Notes: a model not told the origin generated them from the letters alone. A DNA stretch of 64,000 nucleotides from Pedosphaera sp. (GCA_031414955.1 JANOQV010000149.1:1-64000), one strand, 5' to 3'; shown: positions 1-9,161, numbered from the stretch's first letter. A program made the numbers and translations.

Positions 1-22
1 CAGCGGGCTTACGAACGGTGAA

Positions 23-43
23 GCGGCGTAAACGCCGCGCTCC
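23..43. repeat. REP-like palindrome, single unit (GGAG tag on minus strand)
   Basis: gcggcgt-aa-acgccgc followed by gctcc; same GGAG(C/T)GC-tag plus palindrome layout as other repeats in the window. Confidence 0.5.
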
Positions 44-82
44 GCACTGGTTGGCAAACAAGAACAGTGTCAAGATGCACCC

Positions 83-141
83 CGTGCGGATGAGCAGGCG
101 GTCGCCGGCGATGGCGGGCGTGGCCATGCACATTTCGTCGA
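83..141. repeat. 59-bp direct repeat, copy 1 (duplicate of a 3' segment of the beta-propeller gene)
   Basis: 58/59 identical to 961..1019. Confidence 0.9.
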
Positions 142-146
142 AACCT

Positions 147-629
147 TCATTCTCCCACCAGTTGAAGCACGCGGGTTCGCAAAGCAGGCGCAATCCAGAA
201 GCCGGCTTCCTGTTCGAGGCGGTCGAGAACCGGCGCTACTTTCGGAATCGAGTGTTGCGAGCGAGCTTCGATCAAAATGCCAAGGATCCCAATCGTGCGC
301 AAACCAAGGCGGGCAGCGACGGCGCGACCCAGCGATTCGTCCACGAGGAGCGCATCGGCCGTCTGGCTCAAGCACAGCGCGATGGCGGCGGCTTCACCAA
401 GGTCAAGGTTCGCGGCGGCAACAGAGGCAGGCAGTGGAGGCGAGGGAAAGACTTCAATCCAGGCAGGAAGATTCAGCCCAGCAAATCGCGCGGTGGCACC
501 CGCCAGTCGATTGAATTCAGACGCCACTTCCGCAGGTACGAGCACTCGGCCAAACAACGACTGCAACAAATGATCGTGCTGGACGCGACACAGGTTGAGA
601 ACGACCGACGTGTCGGCGACAACGATCAC
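147..629 (-). CDS. PIN-domain (VapC-like, DUF3368-type) toxin
   Basis: MIVVADTS N-terminus, LDLGEAAAIAL, LLVDE..GR, IGILGIL motifs; start overlaps the upstream antitoxin stop. Confidence 0.85.
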   Translation of the reverse strand: MIVVADTSVVLNLCRVQHDHLLQSLFGRVLVPAEVASEFNRLAGATARFAGLNLPAWIEVFPSPPLPASVAAANLDLGEAAAIALCLSQTADALLVDESLGRAVAARLGLRTIGILGILIEARSQHSIPKVAPVLDRLEQEAGFWIAPALRTRVLQLVGE

Positions 630-871
630 TTGGGCGGAAGTTCGCGGAGGGCGATGAGGTCTTGATCCAGATCGGCTGCGTCGTAGTGCTGGGGAATCCG
701 ACGGTCGCGCAAGATGGCTTGAAACTCGAAGAGGCTTATCGCGGCCACATCGGTCGCCTGTACCAGCGTGAGTTTGCGCGCGGTGTACAGGGCAACGGCG
801 AGTTCTCGCTTGAGTTCCTGCTCACTCATTCGCTCAAGCGCGGGGATATGGTCCGGCAATGTGACGAGCAT
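626..871 (-). CDS. UPF0175-family antitoxin (81 aa)
   Basis: MLVTLPD...ELKRELAVALY..RKLTLVQA...FEFQAILRDRRIP.HYD..DL..D pattern; ATG at 871 preceded by TTGCCA-N18-TACCTT, suggesting a near-leaderless transcript. Confidence 0.8.
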   Translation of the reverse strand: MLVTLPDHIPALERMSEQELKRELAVALYTARKLTLVQATDVAAISLFEFQAILRDRRIPQHYDAADLDQDLIALRELPPK

Positions 872-924
872 GGATGGAAGGTAGCAGCGACGGTGACATG
901 ATGGCAACCACGAGGTCGAAGCAA

Positions 925-2271
925 TCACCCACCCTTCCTCAAACAATAAAGCTTCGTCAGCGTGCGGATGAGCAGGCGGTCGCCGGCGATGGCGGGAGTG
1001 GCCATGCACATTTCGTCGAGGGAATTTTTGTGCAGCAGCTTGTATTCGGGGCCGGCGGCGAAGACGTAGGTGTCGCCGTCTTCGCTCAGCGCAAAAATCT
1101 TTCCGTTCGCCGCCCACGGTGACGCGGTGAAGGCGGTGTTGCCCTCGGGGCGGATGCGTTGCTTGTCGTAAACCGGCCGGCCGGTGCGCGCGTCGTGACA
1201 GCTCAGGAACCCGAAGTCGAACAGCACGTAGAAGTGATCGCCATAGACGAGCGACGACGGATTGTAGGGCGCGGCGGTCGGCTGCGACCACGCGATGAAG
1301 GCGTTGTTGGTCTCGCCCGGCTTGAGGCTGAGGTCGCCGGACGCGCCGGGCTTGATGGCGAACACGGGCCGCGTCTTGTCGCCGACGTAGCCGGAGCAGA
1401 CGTAGAGCAGGCCGAACTTCGAGAAGGGCGTGGGAATGACAATCGAGGACATGCCGCCGAGTTCCCAAAGCAGCTTTCCGTCGAGGTCGTAGGAGCGGAC
1501 GCGCTTCGTGCCGCAGGTGATGAGTTCGGTGCGCTGCTCGTTCTGCCAGAGGTAAGGCGTGGCCCAGTTGCTCTTCTCGTCGCGTTCCACGCGCCAGAGC
1601 TGGCGTCCGGTCTTCGCGTCCAGCGCGACGGCGAAGGACTTCTCATCGTTGTCATTCACAATGAAGACGCGGCCATTGTGAATCACGGGCGAACCAGCGG
1701 AACCCCAGCCATTGCGCGTTTTCACCGGCGGCCAGTTGGTCTGCCAGAGTTTCTTGCCCTCCATGTCGTAGCAGAACAGCCCGACGTTGCCGAAGTAGGC
1801 ATAGACGCGCTCGCCATCGGTGACGGGCGTTTCGGACGCGTAGCTGTTCTTGATGTGCAGTTGATTCGGCGGCGTGCCGCGCTGCGCCTCCTGCCGCCAC
1901 AACTCGCGCCCGGATTTGAGGTCGTAACAGACCGTCAGCCAGGTGTGCGCGCCCTTGGGGGGATCGATGTGCTCGCCGCCGAAGTAGAGACCCTTCTTGG
2001 GCGCAAGCATTTCTCCTTCACTGACCACCGTGGTAACAAACACGCGCTCGCCCCAAACGATGGGCGCGGACCAGCCACGTCCCGGAACCTCGATCTTCCA
2101 GGCCACGTTCTCGTTGGTGCTCCAGCGGTCGGGCAGATTCGGGTTGTCGGCCACGCCGAGCGCGCCGGGGCCGCGGAACTGGGGCCAGTTGGTCGTGACA
2201 GTGGCGGCCTGAGCGGTGAGCGAGAACAACATTGACGCGAGCGCGGCGACGAGAAGCTTTGGGAATTTCAC
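925..2271 (-). CDS. Secreted PQQ-like/BamB-like beta-propeller repeat protein
   Basis: Signal peptide from GTG 2271 (ORF open to 2301), NWPQFRGP, WK..VPGRGWSAPIVWG, repeated ALDAKTG..LW motifs. Confidence 0.85.
   Translation of the reverse strand: MKFPKLLVAALASMLFSLTAQAATVTTNWPQFRGPGALGVADNPNLPDRWSTNENVAWKIEVPGRGWSAPIVWGERVFVTTVVSEGEMLAPKKGLYFGGEHIDPPKGAHTWLTVCYDLKSGRELWRQEAQRGTPPNQLHIKNSYASETPVTDGERVYAYFGNVGLFCYDMEGKKLWQTNWPPVKTRNGWGSAGSPVIHNGRVFIVNDNDEKSFAVALDAKTGRQLWRVERDEKSNWATPYLWQNEQRTELITCGTKRVRSYDLDGKLLWELGGMSSIVIPTPFSKFGLLYVCSGYVGDKTRPVFAIKPGASGDLSLKPGETNNAFIAWSQPTAAPYNPSSLVYGDHFYVLFDFGFLSCHDARTGRPVYDKQRIRPEGNTAFTASPWAANGKIFALSEDGDTYVFAAGPEYKLLHKNSLDEMCMATPAIAGDRLLIRTLTKLYCLRKGG
961..1019. 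repeat. 59-bp direct repeat, copy 2 (inside beta-propeller CDS, DEMCMATPAIAGDRLLIRT)
   Basis: 58/59 identical to 83..141. Confidence 0.9.
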
Positions 2272-2355
2272 GGACGGAGCTTTGGGGAGTTGCGAAATCA
2301 CCGCAAGGAAAAGAGCCGTCCGTTCCCGCGTGAGGCGGAACCGGGCACACGCACT

Positions 2356-2421
2356 GGAGCGCCGAGCATTGCTCGGCCTGTCGCGCGTGCCAGGCTCGTG
2401 CCGAGCAATGCTCGGCGCTCC
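2356..2421. repeat. REPIN-like inverted pair of palindromic units
   Basis: ggagcgccgagcattgctcggc ... gccgagcaatgctcggcgctcc, perfect inverted 22-mers. Confidence 0.8.
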
Positions 2422-2537
2422 GTTTCCAGGCGCTCATGGCCGTTTGGTGCGTGGACCCGGTTGCGCCCCTCGCGTGGTGGCCGTAGCGCTGCCGGTTGAG
2501 CCTTGCAGAGTCGGGTGCGCGCCATTGAACTAGCGCC

Positions 2538-5096
2538 GTGGTGAGATTCGCCCTGCACTTATTGTTCTTCCTCTCCGGCGTCGCCGCGCTCGGCTACCAG
2601 CTCGTGTGGGCGAAGATGTTCTCCACGGGATTGGGACACGAGATGCCGGCGGTGCTCGCCATCATTGCGGCGTTTATGGCGGGAATGGCGCTGGGCGCGT
2701 GGGGGCTGGATCGTTTTATCCCGCGCAGCGCGCGCGCTGGTTTCTGGCTGGGAGGACTGGAACTGACCATTGGTGCGTGGGCACTGCTCATGAGCTTCGG
2801 CATTCCGTCCGTGAATGACTTTGCGCTTCGACTCATCGGACTGGCGCCGGGTGCGTTCCAGCACTGGCTGATTGCTTTCGCCATTCCCGCGCTCGTGCTA
2901 CTGCCGGCGACAGCGGCGATGGGAGCGACTTTGCCGGCGATGGAGAAATTTCTTTCCGCACTCGCGCCACAAAATGAATCCATCGGCAGCGTGTACGCGG
3001 CGAACACGTTCGGTGCGGTGGCGGGGACGTTGCTCGCGCCGTTCGTGCTGATGCCGGCGCTGGGCTTCAGCAGAACGTGCTGGGTGCTGGCGGGGGTGAA
3101 CGGTTTGGTGAGCGTGGTGGCGTTCGGACTGGCACGAGCGCACCAGACTGTCTCCCTCTCCCCGTTGAGGGGAGGGAGAGGTCTGAAGATCGCTCCGCTC
3201 TCGCCGCGACGTCTCGCCTTCACGTTGTTCTGCACCGGGTTGATCGGCATCGCCTACGAGGTGGCAGGCGTGCGCGTGCTCTCGCAAGTGCTCGAAGGCA
3301 CGGTCTTCACCTACGCGGCGGTCCTCGCGATTTTCCTGCTCGGCACGGCGGCGGGCGCGGCGGCGTTTCATCACTGGTGGCGTGGGGTGGCGGTCACGCG
3401 GTTGCACACCACTCTGCTGAAAGCAGCGGCGGCGGCGGGTCTGCTCGGCATCATTGCGCTCGCGTGCACGCCATTGATTTACAAGTCGCTCCGCACGCTC
3501 GGCGACGCGCCCGCCGCCGTGCTCGGGGCGGAACTTCTCACGGCGCTGGCTGTGTTCGGACCGGTCACGTTTTGCATGGGCGCGCTGTTCAGCCATCTGC
3601 TGGAGCAAGTTCGCGCGCAACGCGCCGGCATCGGCGGGGTGCTGGCGTTGAACACGCTGGGCGCGGCGGCGGCTCCGGTGTTTGTGCTGCTGTTGCTGCC
3701 TGGGGCGGGGGTGAAGGTGGCGCTGCTCGTCGTGTGCCTCGGCTATCTCTTGCTGGTACTGCCTTGCCGCTGGACGAAGGCCGACGGACTTTTCGGCCTG
3801 CTCGTTTTTGGCGTGATATTTTCAAACCTGCAAATTGTCGAGACCCCGCCCGGCAGCCGCGTCATCAGTCAGCGCGAAGGAATCATGGCGATGGTCGTCG
3901 TGACGGAAGACGCGCAGACCAACCGCACCTTGCGCGTGGACAACCGCTACCAGATGGGAGGCACGGCGGCGGCGGACGCGGAGTACCGACAAGCGCACCT
4001 ACCGCTGCTGCTCCATCCGAATCCGCAGCGCGCACTCTTTCTCGGCGTCGGCACCGGCATTTCGCTCGGCACGGCCTCGCTGTATCCAGAACTCAAGGCG
4101 GATGCCGTGGAACTGATCCCGGAAGTGGTGGACGCGATGAAGTTCTTCGAGACGAAGAATTTTTCCGCCGCGCAATTTCCCAACTTCAAGCTGTACACCG
4201 CCGATGCGCGCCGCTTTGTCCGCTCATCGGATGGAAGCTACAACGTCATCGTTGCCGATTTGTTCCACCCGTATCGCGACGGCGCGGGCGCGCTCTACAC
4301 GCGCGAACATTTCGCGGCGATTCGCCGGCAACTCAACCCAAACACGCCCTCGCTCTTCTGCCAGTGGCTGCCGTTGCATCAACTCGACGAGCCGACCTTG
4401 CGCGTCATCGTGCGGACATTTCAGAGCGTGTTTCCGAACAGCGAGGCGTGGCTGCTGCGCTTCAATGTGGAAGTGCCGGTGGTCGCGCTCGTCGGCTGGA
4501 TGGGCAGCCCACGCTGGTCGCCGATGCAAGTCGAGCCGCGCACGGCCAGCGCTCCGCTCGGTGGTGAAATCAAACGCCTCGCGCTCGCCGATTCACTGCG
4601 CCTCTACGGCCATCTGCTTGCCGACGCGGAGGACTTGTACCGCTTCGCCGGCACCGCACCGCTTAACACCGACGACAATCAGCGCGTCACTTTCATGGCT
4701 CCGCGCGCCGCGTATCAGCATGACGCGAAACCCTACGCCAGCCTGCTCGCGCTGCTGGCCGGGGCCAGGACGGAGTGCGTCGCGGCCCTGGACCATCTGC
4801 CGGAAGACAAGGAATTCGCCACCCGGATCGTGGCCTATCTCGCGGCGCGCAACGTCTATTTGCGCGGGTTGGTTGAGGATGCCGAGCGGCGGCCGGACAC
4901 GGCCATCGACGCCTACGTGGAGAGCGCGCGGCTCACTCCCGATTTCACCACGGGCTACGCGCAATGCCTGAGCACGGCTAACGTCATCGCCAGTTCTGAT
5001 CCGGCACGGGCGCGAGGAATTTTGGAGCGGCTCATCGCCGCTCAGCCGGAGCGTCCCGTGGCGCGGCAGGTGTTGGAACGGCTGTTTCCGAAGTAA
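2538..5096 (+). CDS. Membrane-fused spermidine synthase-like protein (multi-TM domain plus class I SAM-dependent transferase domain)
   Basis: FFLSG.AAL.YQLVW and MGATLP / YAANT.GA..G motifs occurring twice; LFLGVGTG, VELIPEV, DARRFV, IVADLFHP, LYTREHF, FCQWLP. Confidence 0.85.
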   Translation: MVRFALHLLFFLSGVAALGYQLVWAKMFSTGLGHEMPAVLAIIAAFMAGMALGAWGLDRFIPRSARAGFWLGGLELTIGAWALLMSFGIPSVNDFALRLIGLAPGAFQHWLIAFAIPALVLLPATAAMGATLPAMEKFLSALAPQNESIGSVYAANTFGAVAGTLLAPFVLMPALGFSRTCWVLAGVNGLVSVVAFGLARAHQTVSLSPLRGGRGLKIAPLSPRRLAFTLFCTGLIGIAYEVAGVRVLSQVLEGTVFTYAAVLAIFLLGTAAGAAAFHHWWRGVAVTRLHTTLLKAAAAAGLLGIIALACTPLIYKSLRTLGDAPAAVLGAELLTALAVFGPVTFCMGALFSHLLEQVRAQRAGIGGVLALNTLGAAAAPVFVLLLLPGAGVKVALLVVCLGYLLLVLPCRWTKADGLFGLLVFGVIFSNLQIVETPPGSRVISQREGIMAMVVVTEDAQTNRTLRVDNRYQMGGTAAADAEYRQAHLPLLLHPNPQRALFLGVGTGISLGTASLYPELKADAVELIPEVVDAMKFFETKNFSAAQFPNFKLYTADARRFVRSSDGSYNVIVADLFHPYRDGAGALYTREHFAAIRRQLNPNTPSLFCQWLPLHQLDEPTLRVIVRTFQSVFPNSEAWLLRFNVEVPVVALVGWMGSPRWSPMQVEPRTASAPLGGEIKRLALADSLRLYGHLLADAEDLYRFAGTAPLNTDDNQRVTFMAPRAAYQHDAKPYASLLALLAGARTECVAALDHLPEDKEFATRIVAYLAARNVYLRGLVEDAERRPDTAIDAYVESARLTPDFTTGYAQCLSTANVIASSDPARARGILERLIAAQPERPVARQVLERLFPK

Positions 5097-5100
5097 CAAC

Positions 5101-5165
5101 GGAACGCCGAGCATCGCTCGGCCCGAACGTGCATGAAGCCAATGCCGAGCGACGCTCGGCGCTCC
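5101..5165. repeat. REPIN-like inverted pair, same family as 2356..2421
   Basis: ggaacgccgagcatcgctcggc ... gccgagcgacgctcggcgctcc; lies between convergent genes. Confidence 0.75.
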
Positions 5166-5167
5166 GT

Positions 5168-5414
5168 TCAATCAAACCGCAGACCGGCCGCGTGCAATTT
5201 CTCCAGTTCCCGCGCCCAGCGTGAGCACAGCCAGCATGGGATGAAGCCACCGACGGCGAACGAGCAGTCAATCAGTCGCCAGTAAATCGGAATGCCGCGC
5301 ACCTCGCCGGTGATGAGCGCCCAAGGAATAATCAACATGCCGACAATGGCCAGTGATCATCAACCAAGTCCACAGTTGGATGCGGCGACGCAGTTTGAGT
5401 TCGACTGGAGTCAT
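5168..5414 (-). pseudogene. Internally deleted/frameshifted small membrane protein gene
   Basis: ATG 5414 overlaps the upstream stop (MTPVELKLRRRIQLWTWLMITG); a shifted frame then reads IIPWALITGEVRGIPIYWRLIDCSFAVGGFIPCWLCSRW to the stop at 5168. Confidence 0.6.
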
Positions 5415-6181
5415 CGCGCGCCAGCCGCTGCCTTCGCATCGCCCTTCTCCATCACGTCGAACCAGTGGGCGAGGAAGAACCGCTTCTCGGTGGGCAGGAA
5501 CGTGTCGCTCGTCCCGAGGATGGGCCGCAGCGCCGTGGTCATTTGCAGGCAGACGGTCACAAAGATGATCATCCACACCACGAGCGCGCCGCCGGACTTG
5601 GCGCTGAGATGGATGAATCCATTGCGCAAAAACTTCCAGCCGAAGAACGTGGCCACAGCCCAGAACGACAAGTGCAGCATTCCCATCACGGCGAGGGAGT
5701 TGGTCGATTGCGAGAAAACCCACGCCACGGGCGCGAAGCCGATGAGGAGGATGGTGGTCAGCGCGAGCAACCCGCAGACGAGACCGACGACCTCGACGAG
5801 CCGCGCCTGTGAACCGGCCAGGCACGAGAAGATGTAGAGGCTCGGCAGGCAGATGACGGCGCAGATCAACATGCCGCCGGCAATCTTCACCGGCGCGGCC
5901 CAGAGCTGCTCGCCGCCGGAAAACGTCCCGGCCACCACGCCATAGACCACCGCGCAGATCATGGCCACGAAGAGGATGCCGCCGATGATCCGCGCCGCGC
6001 CGTCGCCGCGCAGTTGATGGAACATGCGCCGTGGATAGCGCAGCATGGCCTCGATGGCCGAGACCGGGCCGGTGATGGGCACACGGTCATCGGGGTTTTC
6101 GCCGATGGGCGCCGAAGACGCGCTGGCCGGCGGAATCGGAGGTGGAAGCGAGGAGGCTGACGGTGGAATGTTTTCGTTCAT
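5411..6181 (-). CDS. Uncharacterised multi-pass membrane protein
   Basis: Several hydrophobic segments; APVK, ICLPSLYIF, FAPVAWVF, QMTTALRPILG motifs; paralogous to the upstream gene. Confidence 0.75.
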   Translation of the reverse strand: MNENIPPSASSLPPPIPPASASSAPIGENPDDRVPITGPVSAIEAMLRYPRRMFHQLRGDGAARIIGGILFVAMICAVVYGVVAGTFSGGEQLWAAPVKIAGGMLICAVICLPSLYIFSCLAGSQARLVEVVGLVCGLLALTTILLIGFAPVAWVFSQSTNSLAVMGMLHLSFWAVATFFGWKFLRNGFIHLSAKSGGALVVWMIIFVTVCLQMTTALRPILGTSDTFLPTEKRFFLAHWFDVMEKGDAKAAAGAR

Positions 6182-6208
6182 AAATTCATTGAGTGAGAGC
6201 CGCTGGGT

Positions 6209-6937
6209 TCATTGAAACAGTTGCAGGAAATGGCGAACGGTGGATTCAAAGAAATTTCCCTCGAACTTGTTCGAGCGCAGAAACTCCACGGGCAACGCCG
6301 GCGAGCCGACGAAAGGACGCAGAATCCACGCGAGTTGGCTGCCGAGCAAAAGATTCCCCGCCAGCCACGCGCACAACGTGCGCCGGGCCGCGCCCTCGCT
6401 GCCGCTGAGATTCCGCAGCAGTTCATAGAGCCGCACGTTGCCTGCGATACCGGCCACGGCCATCGCTGCGACCAGCGCGAGGTAAATCAAGTTGTGCATC
6501 ATCAGGGTGGTGCCGTCCGCCTGCGCAGAGTAAGCAGGCGAATTCCAGATGGCGAAATAGATGAGCGGCCCGCACGCGCCGAGCACCGCCGCCGCGATGG
6601 TGAAACTCATCAGAACGGCGAGCAGCGACTGGCGGAAGCTGATGTTCGTGCCCAGCAGCGGCGCGACCATGCCGTTGAGCAGGCCGTTGCCCAGCGCGGT
6701 GAGCAGCACGATGAACGGAAACTTGATGGCGGTGTAAACCCCTTGCAGCGGATCACGCCACGCGCCGAGCGCCCAGCCAAACGTGGCCGTGCCCGCGATG
6801 ATGACCGCGACATAGAGCAGCACGCGCGATCCCCGCCACTCGCCAATCCACAGCACAATCGGCCCCGGCTCGCCCCGCAGCAGCGTAGGAATCTGCGCGA
6901 GAGCCGGTGGCACGGCGGCGATGGTCGGCGAATTCAT
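6209..6937 (-). CDS. Uncharacterised multi-pass membrane protein (paralogue of downstream gene)
   Basis: AIKFP, GSQLAWILRPFVGSP, F.R...GNFFE motifs; ATG 6937 overlaps the upstream stop. Confidence 0.75.
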   Translation of the reverse strand: MNSPTIAAVPPALAQIPTLLRGEPGPIVLWIGEWRGSRVLLYVAVIIAGTATFGWALGAWRDPLQGVYTAIKFPFIVLLTALGNGLLNGMVAPLLGTNISFRQSLLAVLMSFTIAAAVLGACGPLIYFAIWNSPAYSAQADGTTLMMHNLIYLALVAAMAVAGIAGNVRLYELLRNLSGSEGAARRTLCAWLAGNLLLGSQLAWILRPFVGSPALPVEFLRSNKFEGNFFESTVRHFLQLFQ

Positions 6938-7344
6938 TGACGGTTGGACACGGCAGCGGTCAAAGCGTTGAAAGTGATTTGTAGGAATTTCCAACGGCTT
7001 GAGCCGTTGCTGGTTCCGGCACGACCCAGGGCGCGAAAGCAATAATCTGCGCGACCAGGCCGTCGCGCATCAGTTCGCAGTCCCACCAGAACTGCGCCCA
7101 TGCGACGCGCGGGCTCATGTTTTTCCCTGATGAACAGAACGATGGCCTTGAGGCCGGCCACGTCACCAGTGGTGTTCCCTGCGGCACGCAGATGCCGCCG
7201 TTCCCCGCGCGCGCCGATCTGGAACCGTTGCAGCGAACGGATGAACGGCTGGGCGACAAATGGCACGACGTTCGGTTGCGGCTTCCAGGGAATCTCGCGC
7301 CAGCGTTCGCGATGGTAATCAAAGTTGCGGAGCCGGTGCTTCAT
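6934..7344 (-). pseudogene. Degenerate ferritin-like-domain gene
   Basis: IPW...IRSLQRFQIG.RGE.RHL...AIVLFIRE.HE.AR resembles a ferritin-like family (from recall: FQLGESGEG, LFI.EEQ.HA); acidic/His ligands are altered and the ORF is short. Confidence 0.5.
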
Positions 7345-8108
7345 GAAAGATGGGGGCTAATACGTTCCAGCACGATGGCACGGCGCGAACGAAGGAGAAT
7401 TTCCAATACCGGCACGGCCATCAACACCAACGCGGCCAGGAACAGGGGCCAGTTGAACCATGGCGGCAGCAGGTCGCGGAGTTCAGGGAGACCGCCGCCG
7501 GTCAGGACGAGTCGAATCGCGTCGGCCATGAAGACGTAAAGCGCGAGCACTCCGCCCATCACTGCGGCGCAGGTCGAGATGCGGCCGGGCCAGAGCGGAC
7601 GCTCGGGCGAATCACCCCGCGCCACGGTCGCGCCAAAGACAATCATCAGAACGGCAATGCTCGTGGGCGCCCAGACCGGTCCCCACCACGGCAGCGGGAT
7701 GAGAAAGAGAATATCCCAATCGCCGAGAGAGGTCGGCCAAGCGGTGAGGGGCACGAGCCAGAGGTAGTAGGCGATGTCCCAGACGCCGAACGCAAGCAAG
7801 GTGTAGCCGAGGCGGCTGCGCCAGGTGCGGCCGGCCAGCGCGCCGACGGTGAACAGCATCACGAGCGTGGCGGCTTCGCGCACGATTTCTGCGAGGCCGA
7901 GGCCGGTGGAGACGGGCAACGGATTCGCCTGATACGGATCAAGCCGGTCAATCATGGTGCGCAGATAAAAGACGACCGCCGCTTCCGCCCACGCCATCGC
8001 CACCGCATACAGGGTGACGAGGAGCGCGGGGGATAGGAGGCGGGAAGTCCGCTGACGGGCGGGATTCACAGAAGTCAGCGGCATGGGGAAATCAATCGAG
8101 GCGTTCAT
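7341..8108 (-). CDS. Conserved hypothetical membrane protein
   Basis: AMAW.EAAVV.YLR, E..REAATLVML, FGVWDI.YY.WL, WDILFLIP.PWWGPV.AP; many TM segments. Confidence 0.8.
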   Translation of the reverse strand: MNASIDFPMPLTSVNPARQRTSRLLSPALLVTLYAVAMAWAEAAVVFYLRTMIDRLDPYQANPLPVSTGLGLAEIVREAATLVMLFTVGALAGRTWRSRLGYTLLAFGVWDIAYYLWLVPLTAWPTSLGDWDILFLIPLPWWGPVWAPTSIAVLMIVFGATVARGDSPERPLWPGRISTCAAVMGGVLALYVFMADAIRLVLTGGGLPELRDLLPPWFNWPLFLAALVLMAVPVLEILLRSRRAIVLERISPHLS

Positions 8109-8123
8109 CAGCGAATCCTGGTC

Positions 8124-9155
8124 TCAAGCGGTCGGCTGCGCCGGGATCAAGTTGGTGAGAGCGCACTCCACGGCGTCGATCACCGAGTCAGGCGTGGAAG
8201 TCCCGGCGGTCAGGCCGAAGGTCGTCGCACCTTCAAGCCATCCGATGCGCAGGTCAGCGGCGTGCTGGACGTGATAAACTCGGCGACAGTGCCTCGAACA
8301 GGTCGCGACCAGTTCGCGGGTGTTGTTGCTGCGCGCGCCGCCGATGACGATGACGACATCGCACTGCTTCGCGAGTTCCACGGCGGCAGATTGGCGCTGC
8401 TTGGTTGGCTGGCAAACAGTGTCGCGGAACCGAACTTCGGAGTCGGGAAATTGCCGGCGCAACAAGGCGACAAGCTGGCGGACGTGCTCGATGGGCTGCG
8501 TGGTTTGCGAGACGACGCCGAAGCGAGAGCGTGGTTGGAGGCGGCTGATGTCGTCCTCGGTCAGCACTACGTCGCAACCTTCGAAGTCGCCCGTCAGGCC
8601 GCGCACTTCGACGTGCTCGCGCCTGCCGATGACGACGGGATGGAACCCGTCGTGCACCAGTTCGCGCAAGGCCCGGTGCGCGAAGTGAACGAGCGGACAG
8701 GTGGAATCAAGAACGTTGAATCCTTGCTCGCGAAGCTGGGCGCGCGAACGATCCGAGGTGCCGTGCGCGGTGATCATCACCGTGCTGGTCAGGGTTTCCA
8801 TGGGAGCAGCGGCGAAGCGCAGACCGCGCGACCGCAATTCATTCAGCACGGTGTCGTTGTGAACCAGGTCGCCCAGAACGGTCACGGGCTGTTCGGCCAC
8901 GGCGCGTGTGGCGAGGGCGATGGCGTCGCGCACGCCAAAACACATGCCGAGGTGCGTGGCGCGGAGGATGCGAAAGGTCGAACTACTCGCGCTGCGAGCG
9001 GTATTGCTGTCAGCCTGGCCTCGCCGCGCGAGGCCGGCCACCTGCACTGGCTCCACCCGTAGCCGACGACGTGAGTCGGCGCCGATCTCCCCCGCCGGAG
9101 AAGTGCGCCGACGGACGTCGGCGACCACCGGGTCTAAAGCAAGTGTCGTTGTCAT
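8124..9155 (-). CDS. ispH: 4-hydroxy-3-methylbut-2-enyl diphosphate reductase (IspH/LytB) with N-terminal extension
   Basis: GMCFGVRDAI, LVHN, ITAHG, DSTCPLV, EHVEVRG, SQTT, DTVCQPT..RQ, SNNT.EL, TAGTSTPD; all three Fe-S cysteines present. Confidence 0.93.
   Translation of the reverse strand: MTTTLALDPVVADVRRRTSPAGEIGADSRRRLRVEPVQVAGLARRGQADSNTARSASSSTFRILRATHLGMCFGVRDAIALATRAVAEQPVTVLGDLVHNDTVLNELRSRGLRFAAAPMETLTSTVMITAHGTSDRSRAQLREQGFNVLDSTCPLVHFAHRALRELVHDGFHPVVIGRREHVEVRGLTGDFEGCDVVLTEDDISRLQPRSRFGVVSQTTQPIEHVRQLVALLRRQFPDSEVRFRDTVCQPTKQRQSAAVELAKQCDVVIVIGGARSNNTRELVATCSRHCRRVYHVQHAADLRIGWLEGATTFGLTAGTSTPDSVIDAVECALTNLIPAQPTA
9059..9128. repeat. GTAG-tagged REPIN-like element inside the ispH 5' extension
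   Basis: gtagccgacgacgtgagtcggcg ... cgccgacggacgtcggcgaccac, imperfect inverted pair. Confidence 0.6.
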
Positions 9156-9161
9156 ATTTTT

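Noticed and set aside
626..1468. 280-aa ORF
   Set aside because: Only the last 81 codons (from 871) look like a real antitoxin; the rest is an alternative frame of the beta-propeller gene
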